Below are positions 49,353 through 57,787 of a DNA stretch of 58,200 nucleotides, piece after piece. Each line of letters opens with the position of its first letter. Position 1 is the first letter of the stretch. The notes under the pieces were generated by a model. It made no database searches. It was not told the origin of the DNA and saw only the letters and a program-made list of their open reading frames with translations. Source of the DNA: Bacillota bacterium. GTDB taxonomy: Bacteria > Bacillota_I > Bacilli_A > RFN20 > CAG-826. The stretch covers positions 1 to 58,200 of the forward strand of contig JBDLRZ010000045.1 in assembly GCA_039799785.1 (NCBI GenBank), written 5' to 3'. Both the position numbers and the translations under genes were made by a program.

Positions 49353-50230
49353 TGGCCTCAAAATTTTTAGGAACTCAAATTAACCCAGATCGTTTCCATA
49401 AAGGACAACTTCCTTTTTTCATTATTTTAATTTCATTTTCAGTTTTGATGATTTTACCGATCTTATTCATCGTGAATCACGCGTTTAAACCACAGTCTGA
49501 GTTATTTGCTTATCCACCTGCGTTCTTTGTTAAAAATCCAACGCTTGATAACTTTGTTGAATTAGCAAGATTAGTTTCCACTTCAGGGGTCCCATTTTCT
49601 CGCTATGTTTTAAATAGTGTCTTCATTACCGGTATCGGTGTTGGTTTAGCCATTCTATTTACAGCGTTATCCGCTTATGGCTTAGCGAAGTTACATTTTA
49701 GAGGGAAGAAATTGTTATTTGAAATCAACACGATTTCCTTGATGTTTGTGCCGATTGCAGTTCAAATTCCACGTTATATCGTGGTGGCCCAATCCGGGAT
49801 GATTGATACATACTTTGCTCATATTTTCCCGTTAATTACGATGCCGGTTGCGATGTTTTTAATTAAACAATTTATTGATCAAATCCCGAATGACTTTATT
49901 GAAGCTGCACGGATTGATGGCGCGAGTGAAATGCAAATTTTCTTTAAAGTGATTATGCCGATGATTGCCCCAGCGGTTGCCACCGTTGGCATTCTTGCTT
50001 TCCAATTAATTTGGAATGATACGTCAACTTCAACCTTATTTATCAATGATGAAAGTTTACGAACGCTGGCCTTCTTTTTACAAACCTTAACATCGGGTGT
50101 TGGCAATACCGTTGCCGGTCAAGGGATGGCTGCGGCTGCCTCTTTACTCATGTTTATTCCAAACCTAGTCTTATTCGTAATTTTACAAAGTCAGGTGATG
50201 TCGACCATGGCACACTCGGGGTTAAAGTAA
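49352..50230 (+). CDS. Carbohydrate ABC transporter permease (MalG/CUT1 type)
   Basis: 6 TM helices, EAA loop IEAARIDGASEMQIFFKVIMPMIAP. Confidence 0.9.
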   Translation: MASKFLGTQINPDRFHKGQLPFFIILISFSVLMILPILFIVNHAFKPQSELFAYPPAFFVKNPTLDNFVELARLVSTSGVPFSRYVLNSVFITGIGVGLAILFTALSAYGLAKLHFRGKKLLFEINTISLMFVPIAVQIPRYIVVAQSGMIDTYFAHIFPLITMPVAMFLIKQFIDQIPNDFIEAARIDGASEMQIFFKVIMPMIAPAVATVGILAFQLIWNDTSTSTLFINDESLRTLAFFLQTLTSGVGNTVAGQGMAAAASLLMFIPNLVLFVILQSQVMSTMAHSGLK

Positions 50231-50231
50231 C

Positions 50232-52274
50232 ATGAAACGTTGGCTTTACCTTTTCATCTTTGCAAACTTAGGGTTAATGATGCCTCAACGAACGGTGTTG
50301 CCTACCCTTGCAGATAATGGTTTACCTTATCAGACATACACCTATGCGAGTTCACGACAACAACTGATTCAAACCCAAGACGCTTATTTACCATTATCCT
50401 TAACAACCCAACTTGGTGCATTTACCTTATCGTCACCACAAGATGTTTATGTGGATGCACAAGACACCATTTATGTTGCCGATAAAGGACGAAAATCCAT
50501 CATCAAATATAATTTACAAAATGATGAGGCGATTGAAATTGGATTTGGAATTTTAAATGAGCCTACCGGTGTCCATGTCGATGAATCAGGTTCGATTTAT
50601 GTTGCGGATTTTGCCAATAAAAAAGCGTATCAATTTGTGAATGATGAAGGCGAATATGTCATTCAAGCTGAATATGAAAAACCACTTAACTCACCATTCT
50701 TTGGTGAAGATGATCCCTTTGATCCAACTAAGGTTGTCACCGATCGAGGTGGCAACGTTTATGTGTTATTGGCAGGTAACGTCAATGGTCTAGCTCAATT
50801 TAAAAATAATGGTGAATTCTTTGGTTATTTTGGTGGTAATCGCATTCCTGCAACTTTAGAAAATACCGTTCGTTCTTTATTGTTTGATGAAGAAACGCGA
50901 CGTAATTTTTTCCAAATTATTCCCAAACCAGTCTATAACGTGAGTATTGATCAAAGTGGTTTGATTTTAACATCCACCAAGGATCAAGACGGTTATTTAA
51001 AACTCAATATTGCGAACGTGATCTACAACCAATCCGTATGGGGTTTTGATACGGTTGAAGATATTGCAGTCGGTCCATACAACACCATTTATACGTTAAC
51101 GTCTGAAGGATACATCGTAGAATATGATCCCAATGGTTCGGTTTTATTTTTATTCTCAGGTCCCGATGCAATAGGGCAAAAAGGTTTATTTAAACGCGCA
51201 AAAGGGATTGCCATTGATTCTCGAAATAACTTATATGCAGTGGATGAAGCAACCGGTGCACTTCAAATCTTTATTCCTACTGATTTTGCAGACTTAGTCC
51301 ATGAAGCGATTGATTTATATTTTGATGGAAAATATGCAGAGTCCTTAGTGCCTTGGCAAAATGTTTTAAAAATGAATCGTCTCTTTGATTTGGCTAACCA
51401 AGGTCTTGGTGATGCTTATTATGCGCTTCAAGACTATGAATCAGCATTAACTTATTATCGATTAGCGAGAGATACACGTGGTTATTCCAACGCTTACTGG
51501 GAAGTTAGAAATCAATTCTTATTGGCAAACGGCAATACATTTGTCATTTTCCTCATCATCGTTGCGGTCTTTTATGCGTTAAGAAAATTTGTTCCTGGTT
51601 ATGTTTGGTTACAAACCCAAGTGACAAACTTCAAGCAAAAAACAAACCTACCAGCTTGGTTAAAGGAATTACGGTTTCCGCTTCAAGTCTTTGCCAAACC
51701 GGTTGATGGGTATGATGATATTAAACGTCACAAAACCTTCTCTAATCGAAGTGCATTCTTATATTTAATTGCTTTCTTTGTCACGTATCTCATTTGGATT
51801 TATGAAACGAATTTCTTATTTAATGGTTTGATCTCCTCTGAAATCAACATCATTGAACAAGTCATTGGCGTTTTTGTTCCATTTGGTTTATGGGTCATTA
51901 GTAATTACTTGGTCTGTTCTATTCGCGATGGTGATGGCAAATTAAGTGAAGTCTTCCAAGCTTCTGCACTCACGTTGTTGCCAATGATTATCACCTTCCC
52001 AATCTTAACGGTGATTTCCCATGCGTTAACCGCGAATGAAAGTTTCATCTATGAACTTATTTATGGGATTGGCGTGACTTTTACCGTCATCTATATGTTT
52101 ATCATGGTGAAAGAAATTCATTTCTACGATATTAAACCTACCTTCAAAAACATTCTGATCACGATTTTTACGGCAATTATGTTACTTGCCTTAACCTTGA
52201 TTATTGTCTTCTTACTTGGAGAAGTTTATCAACTGATTGCCGATATCATACAGGAGGTGAATAGCCGTGTTTAA
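50232..52274 (+). CDS. Signal peptide, NHL-repeat beta-propeller, TPR-like segment and C-terminal Yip1-type 5-TM domain protein
   Basis: NHL-like repeats are IYVADKGRKSIIKYN, IYVADFANKKAYQF, NVYVLLAGNVNGLAQF and LYAVDEATGALQIF. The TPR-like segment is GLGDAYYALQDYESALTYYRLA. The C-terminal polytopic region is reminiscent of the bacterial YIP1 family. Confidence 0.55.
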   Translation: MKRWLYLFIFANLGLMMPQRTVLPTLADNGLPYQTYTYASSRQQLIQTQDAYLPLSLTTQLGAFTLSSPQDVYVDAQDTIYVADKGRKSIIKYNLQNDEAIEIGFGILNEPTGVHVDESGSIYVADFANKKAYQFVNDEGEYVIQAEYEKPLNSPFFGEDDPFDPTKVVTDRGGNVYVLLAGNVNGLAQFKNNGEFFGYFGGNRIPATLENTVRSLLFDEETRRNFFQIIPKPVYNVSIDQSGLILTSTKDQDGYLKLNIANVIYNQSVWGFDTVEDIAVGPYNTIYTLTSEGYIVEYDPNGSVLFLFSGPDAIGQKGLFKRAKGIAIDSRNNLYAVDEATGALQIFIPTDFADLVHEAIDLYFDGKYAESLVPWQNVLKMNRLFDLANQGLGDAYYALQDYESALTYYRLARDTRGYSNAYWEVRNQFLLANGNTFVIFLIIVAVFYALRKFVPGYVWLQTQVTNFKQKTNLPAWLKELRFPLQVFAKPVDGYDDIKRHKTFSNRSAFLYLIAFFVTYLIWIYETNFLFNGLISSEINIIEQVIGVFVPFGLWVISNYLVCSIRDGDGKLSEVFQASALTLLPMIITFPILTVISHALTANESFIYELIYGIGVTFTVIYMFIMVKEIHFYDIKPTFKNILITIFTAIMLLALTLIIVFLLGEVYQLIADIIQEVNSRV

Positions 52275-54633
52275 ACTATCACGATTCATCATCCCGATGA
52301 TCTTATTGCCTGTATTGATTGTCACCACACAAGAAGATCCTACTTTGATGGTGGCCCCTCGTGTCGATAATTTTGCCTTTATTGAAAATCAGTTATTGAG
52401 TAGTTCAAGATATACGCAAGTCGATGAACAAAATGAATCCGTGTTAAATCGATTTGAAGAAGATTTTAATTTGCAATATACCAACGAACAACTCGACTTA
52501 CTTGGTTACGAATTGATGCTTGAAAATAATCAATTAAATTTATATTTTGAAAAAGACTCTTTTTCACTCATTCTTGAAGATAAAACAACCGGTTATATGT
52601 TGTCGTCACGACCAGAATTCCAAGGTTATTCAGAAACTAGAGAAGATAATACCGCAAACCGAAACCTAATGAATTCAGGCTTATGGATTGAATCGATACG
52701 CACCAACAACATTAGTAGCAGCGCGATTAAAGTTGAATCTCTCTATACGATCGCCGATGCCAGTTACCAAACGAATGGTTCTCAAGATTTAGCGAACATT
52801 GATTGGACAAAGCCTTATTTGCTAGAAACAAATAGTTATCAAAGAAACCGTGTTCAAGTCACCACTTCCAATGTGAATGCATCGAGTTTTACGACTACCA
52901 TCAATGTCACCAATTATGGTTTTGAATTTGATATCAATATTATTTTGCAATCGAATGGTTTTTCTGTGCAATTTGACCCAACCACCGTGCAAGAAACGAA
53001 TGACCAGTACCGATTATTAGGTTTACAATTTTTCCCATACTTTGGCTCTGCTCGTGAAGATGTTTATCCTGGTTATGTGGTCATCCCTGATGGTGTTGGT
53101 GCCTTGGTGAGAACTAATCAAAGATTCGATAAAACATATCAATCCGATTATTTCGGTTCCGATTTAGGTTATCTTAGAACCTCGATAGCCGATTTATCCT
53201 TACCGATCTATGGCATGATTCATCAAGTCGATCGCATTGGTTTTTACCATGAAATTGTCGAAGGTGCAGAACATGCAACGTTACTCGCCAATTTTTGGGG
53301 AAGAAATACACGCTACCACCGTATTACCAATCGTTATAACGTTCGCAGAATTTTTAGAAACATTATTAACCGCGCTGGAGATGGTCAAGATGTTTTACCT
53401 GAAGAAATGGTGATGCAACCCTATGAAGGAACGTATCAATTATTAAAGAATGATCAAGCAAGTTATGTTGGTATTGCCCAATCTTATCAAGCAAATTTAG
53501 AAGCAAGACAATCTATCCGTTCTCTTGAACCCACACAAACACCGATGCAAGTCGCCATGATTATTCATGAACAAGAACCCACTTTCTTTGGTACTTCAAG
53601 ATTAACCATGACGTCCATGGATGATGTTCAAACCATTCGCGACCGATTAATGGAAGACGGCATCGAAGAACAAGTCCTTGTCCTTAAGGGTTGGTCTGAT
53701 GACGGCTTAGCGTATCGACAACCGTATTACTTTAATTTACCTGATCGCCAAGGTTTAATCGATGTCATGGAAGATGTGAATGCTGATGGTCAACATGTAT
53801 ATCTAGAACAAGATTATTTAGTGAGTAGTGAATTATCCTCACGTGTTCAATTTAATCGTGATGTCGCAAGAAACTATTCTAAACTTAAAATGAGTTACCG
53901 GCTTAATCGTCTCGATAACCAACCGATTAATGAATATTATTTATATCCTTCGATCGCGGAACAAAAATTAGCGAATGATCTTGATGCAATCCAAGATTTA
54001 GGTGCAACTGGTTTTGCCTTCCCATCTTTAGGCAATACGTTATATAGTTATTACGATGATGATCGCTTTAATCGAACGGAAACGCTTAACACCGTGACTT
54101 CGATGGCGGCCTCCTTATCTGCGAATGCTATGCAACGACCTTCCGCATATATGTTTCCACATCTCAATCATTATCTCGATATGCCGATCACCAATAGTCA
54201 GCTTGATTTATTTACGGATTTAGTCCCACTCGTACCCTATGTTTTAAAAGGATATATTCCGACCTTTACGCCTTATTTAAACTTTAATGCTTTAGGAAAA
54301 GAACGATTACTTCAAATGATTGATTTTGCGGTCAATCCAAGTTATTTATTAACCGAAAAACCAAGTAGCGAATTACGTTACACCTATAGTAATAAATATT
54401 TCACAACGGCGTATGAAGATTTCCAAGATGACATTCGCGATGTTTATGCTTACATTGCCAGTGCATTAGATCATATTTTAGGTGCGAAGGTTTTGAATCG
54501 TTCCATCATCCAAACGGGCGTTAGTCGTGTTGAATACGATAATGGTGTGACTTTATACATCAATTACCGTTCTACACCTGTGACGGTTGATGAAATCACG
54601 ATAAGTGCCTTGGATTATGAGGTGGTGTTATGA
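52267..54633 (+). CDS. DUF5696-like extracytoplasmic protein of unknown function (788 aa)
   Basis: GTG start after AGGAGG, with an N-terminal signal/anchor FIIPMILLPVLIV. It has no motifs I recognise, and VLVLKGWSDDGL...HVYLEQDY suggests a TIM-barrel-like glycosidase fold. The family name comes from my memory of similar gene neighbourhoods. Confidence 0.45.
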   Translation: MFKLSRFIIPMILLPVLIVTTQEDPTLMVAPRVDNFAFIENQLLSSSRYTQVDEQNESVLNRFEEDFNLQYTNEQLDLLGYELMLENNQLNLYFEKDSFSLILEDKTTGYMLSSRPEFQGYSETREDNTANRNLMNSGLWIESIRTNNISSSAIKVESLYTIADASYQTNGSQDLANIDWTKPYLLETNSYQRNRVQVTTSNVNASSFTTTINVTNYGFEFDINIILQSNGFSVQFDPTTVQETNDQYRLLGLQFFPYFGSAREDVYPGYVVIPDGVGALVRTNQRFDKTYQSDYFGSDLGYLRTSIADLSLPIYGMIHQVDRIGFYHEIVEGAEHATLLANFWGRNTRYHRITNRYNVRRIFRNIINRAGDGQDVLPEEMVMQPYEGTYQLLKNDQASYVGIAQSYQANLEARQSIRSLEPTQTPMQVAMIIHEQEPTFFGTSRLTMTSMDDVQTIRDRLMEDGIEEQVLVLKGWSDDGLAYRQPYYFNLPDRQGLIDVMEDVNADGQHVYLEQDYLVSSELSSRVQFNRDVARNYSKLKMSYRLNRLDNQPINEYYLYPSIAEQKLANDLDAIQDLGATGFAFPSLGNTLYSYYDDDRFNRTETLNTVTSMAASLSANAMQRPSAYMFPHLNHYLDMPITNSQLDLFTDLVPLVPYVLKGYIPTFTPYLNFNALGKERLLQMIDFAVNPSYLLTEKPSSELRYTYSNKYFTTAYEDFQDDIRDVYAYIASALDHILGAKVLNRSIIQTGVSRVEYDNGVTLYINYRSTPVTVDEITISALDYEVVL

Positions 54634-55697
54634 AGAAAAAACTCACATCACTTTTAAAAAATATCTGGCAATCCATTCGCCATTTTTTTACAAGGTTAAA
54701 TAACGCATATCAACGCCATATCCAACCATTCTTGGATCGCTTCTTTTACCGTTTAAGACACAATGTGATCTATCGAGAAATAGGAAACACGGTAAAGCTT
54801 TTTTCTTTCATCACCATACGGATTACCAGAAAACGTCGACATGCTTTTTACGGTTACCTGTTTATCCTTATATGGCTGATTGGCATCTCTATTTTTACAT
54901 TGTATCCATTAGGTTATTCATTCTATTTAAGTTTCCATGAAGCGTACTATAACCTTCAAGAAGGGGTTGTCACCACGTTTATTGGCTTTACCAATTATTT
55001 AAATATTTTCCGTAGTCAGACGCTTGTTCCTGCATATTCCAATTACCTTGGTCGCATGGTTGTAGCTGTGCCCATCATTATTGTTTTCTCCATCATTATT
55101 GCAGTCCTCGTGAACATGCCAATCAAAACAAAAAGTTTATGGCGAACCATTTTCTTCCTTCCGGTGATCATTTCTACGGGTCCCGTTATCAATGAACTCA
55201 ATGCTCAAAGTGCAATTACCCTACCGAATTTACAAGCCAGTGGCATCTATAGTTATATCGTCAATAACTTACCAGGATTTCTTGCCGATCCTTTAACAAC
55301 GGTCATCAATTCGATGTTGTTGATTCTTTGGTATGCAGGGATTCCGATTTTAATTTATTTAGCCGGATTACAAAAAATCGATCCTAGTTTATATGAGGCT
55401 GCCAGCATGGATGGTGCTTCACCTTGGATGCGATTCTGGAAAATTACCTTACCTTCTTTGATGCCGTTTACTGGCATTTCGATTGTGTATGTGGTGGTCT
55501 CGATGTCTTTATTTGTTGAACCAGGTGGCATTTTAGATTTAACGAGAACCCATATGTTAGTCGGTGCGCCTGATTCTGCCTTTTGGTTTGGATATGGTTA
55601 TGCAGCAGCAATGGCATGGGTTTATTTTTTATGCATGGTCATCTTAATTGTGGTTTTCACCAGTATTACTAGAGAAAAGAGAGGAAAACTAAAATGA
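54630..55697 (+). CDS. Carbohydrate ABC transporter permease (MalF type) with an N-terminal basic extension of about 65 aa
   Basis: EAA loop YEAASMDGASPWMRFWKITLPSLMP. The start overlaps the upstream stop as ATGA. Confidence 0.85.
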   Translation: MKKKLTSLLKNIWQSIRHFFTRLNNAYQRHIQPFLDRFFYRLRHNVIYREIGNTVKLFSFITIRITRKRRHAFYGYLFILIWLIGISIFTLYPLGYSFYLSFHEAYYNLQEGVVTTFIGFTNYLNIFRSQTLVPAYSNYLGRMVVAVPIIIVFSIIIAVLVNMPIKTKSLWRTIFFLPVIISTGPVINELNAQSAITLPNLQASGIYSYIVNNLPGFLADPLTTVINSMLLILWYAGIPILIYLAGLQKIDPSLYEAASMDGASPWMRFWKITLPSLMPFTGISIVYVVVSMSLFVEPGGILDLTRTHMLVGAPDSAFWFGYGYAAAMAWVYFLCMVILIVVFTSITREKRGKLK

Positions 55698-56632
55698 AAA
55701 TTTCCTCAATCTTAAGTGTGACCAATCAACAAAAATTAAAAAAAGTTTGGTTCGGTAAAACGTTAACCGATGGACTTTTATATAAATTTGTCATTTATCT
55801 TTTGTTAATCAGCTTTAGTTATATCTACTTATATCCTTTGTTGTTTATGTTGATCAATAGTTTGAAATCCGTTGATGATCTCATTAATCCAGGTGTGCAA
55901 TGGATTCCCACGGTCCTCATGTGGGAAAACTATGAGCGCGCATTCCAAGTGTTGAGTTTGCCCCAATCCTTCATTGATTCCACTGTCTATGTTTTAAAAG
56001 TGAGTGTCAGTGCAACCTTATCCAGTGCGTTGATTGGATATGGCTTTGCACGTTTTGATTTCCCATTTAAACGTTTATTCTTTGCGATCATGCTTGCGAC
56101 CTTTATTCTGCCTCAACAAGTGACGATGGTCGCAAACATGCTGATCTTCAGAGAACTTGAAATCATCTCAACGGAATGGTCGATGCTGTTACCTGCGATG
56201 ACTGGACAAGGGATTAATGCTGCCATTTATATACTTATTTTTTATACCTTCTACCGAACTATTCCTGGTATCTTAATTGAATCCGCTGAAGTCGATGGCG
56301 CAGGTCAATTGAGAATTTTCCGCACGATCATCCTACCGTTAGCGATTCCTTCTTTTGTAATTGTGTTCTTATTTAGTTTTGTTTGGTATTGGAATGAATC
56401 ATTCATCACTGGTTTATATGTAGGCGATAAGGTGACATTACCTCTATGGTTACAGGCATTCCGTTCTTCCTATGAAACGATTTTCCCACCTGGTACACCT
56501 GGTGCAGAATTAAATGAAGCGATCTTATTATCAGGGAATATGCTGACGATATTACCTTTATTGCTTCTCTATTTCTTTGGTCAAAAGTTATTTACCCAAA
56601 GTATTGATAAAACAGGGATTACGGGAGAATAA
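55694..56632 (+). CDS. Carbohydrate ABC transporter permease (MalG type)
   Basis: EAA loop IESAEVDGAGQLRIFRTIILPLAIP, with an ATGA overlap with the upstream gene. Confidence 0.9.
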   Translation: MKISSILSVTNQQKLKKVWFGKTLTDGLLYKFVIYLLLISFSYIYLYPLLFMLINSLKSVDDLINPGVQWIPTVLMWENYERAFQVLSLPQSFIDSTVYVLKVSVSATLSSALIGYGFARFDFPFKRLFFAIMLATFILPQQVTMVANMLIFRELEIISTEWSMLLPAMTGQGINAAIYILIFYTFYRTIPGILIESAEVDGAGQLRIFRTIILPLAIPSFVIVFLFSFVWYWNESFITGLYVGDKVTLPLWLQAFRSSYETIFPPGTPGAELNEAILLSGNMLTILPLLLLYFFGQKLFTQSIDKTGITGE

Positions 56633-57783
56633 TGATGAAAAAAATTTGGCCAATCACGTTCTTAGCCTTTATCGTCACATCTTGCGTGAATCCAAGCGTG
56701 AGTTCATCTTCCTCAGGTGTTCCGAATGGTTTATTGCCCTTAACGCCAGTAGAAGGATGTGGCGTTCAAACAATTGATAATCAATGGGTTTGTACTTGGA
56801 CGGATGAATTTAACGGAAACACACTCAATAGCGAACACTGGAATGTCGAAGTCAACGGCGATGGCGGTGGCAACCAAGAAGCCCAATATTATCGGAATGA
56901 AAACATTTCGGTGAGTGATTGAACGTTAAAAATTACTGGTAAAAAAGAAAATTACTTAGGCAAACAATATACCAGTGGTCGAATCAATTCTCGTTATAAA
57001 GTGAACCCTCAATTTGGTCGTGTGACCTTTAGGGCTAAAATGCCAGCGGGAAGAGGAACATGGGCTGCGGTGTGGATGCTACCGTTATTTAATCGCTTTG
57101 GTCAATGGCCTAATAGCGGTGAAATTGATATTTTAGAATATGTTGGTTATGATCCTGGTACTGTATTTTCTGCGACGCATACGACTAAATTTAACCACAA
57201 CAATAACAATAACCCCAGTGCATCAAGAGTATTAGTAGACCCAGAAAATCAATTCTATGAATATGAAATGATTTGGTTACCTGGAGAAATTCGAATGTTC
57301 GTAGAAGGTAATCCTTATGGAACGTATCGATATGTCCCGCAATTTAATCAAGATGTGACGTTTGATGATGTCTTTCCATTTCAAGAAGAATTTTATTTCA
57401 TTATCAATTTAGCCATTGGTGGAAGTTGGGGTGGTGTGCAAGGGATTGATCCACTTGCCTTTCCGACAGTCTTAGAAATAGACTATCTTCGTTTATATCA
57501 ATGGGATTATGCACTTCATGATCTTACATCTCCTGAAAAACCTGCAGCTCTCGCAACTTCACAATTGGATAACACCATTCATTGGAATCGTCCAACGGAT
57601 GATACATGGGTAAGTCACTACGCAATTTATTTAGATGGTGTTAAATACCGCGAAGCAAAAATCAATCAATATACCTTTGTAGGCTTAGAACAACGCGATT
57701 ATCAAGTGCAAGTGGAAGCGATTGATTTTGTCGGTCGAACCTCTCCTTTATCGGATGCCATTACCTTTACCTTTGGAGGTTAA
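56632..57783 (+). pseudogene. GH16 beta-1,3(-1,4)-glucanase lipoprotein with C-terminal FN3-like domain, interrupted by one in-frame TGA (56920-56922)
   Basis: Lipobox FIVTSC. GH16 signatures are WNVEVNGDGGGNQEAQYY, YTSGRINS and WAAVWMLP, with the catalytic GEIDILE at 57121-57138. The two ORF-track pieces (56632-56922 and 57001-57783) share a frame, and the stretch between them also reads through (TLKITGKKENYLGKQYTSGRINSRYK). Confidence 0.8.
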
Positions 57784-57787
57784 ATGT

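Noticed and set aside
56920-56922. TGA decoded as Trp (code 4) or Gly (code 25) throughout the genome.
   Set aside because: prfB is present with the UGA-dependent CTT TGA C autoregulatory frameshift. Many genes here end in TGA, for example dnaX, prfA and the VTC gene. No other conserved gene in the window has an in-frame TGA.
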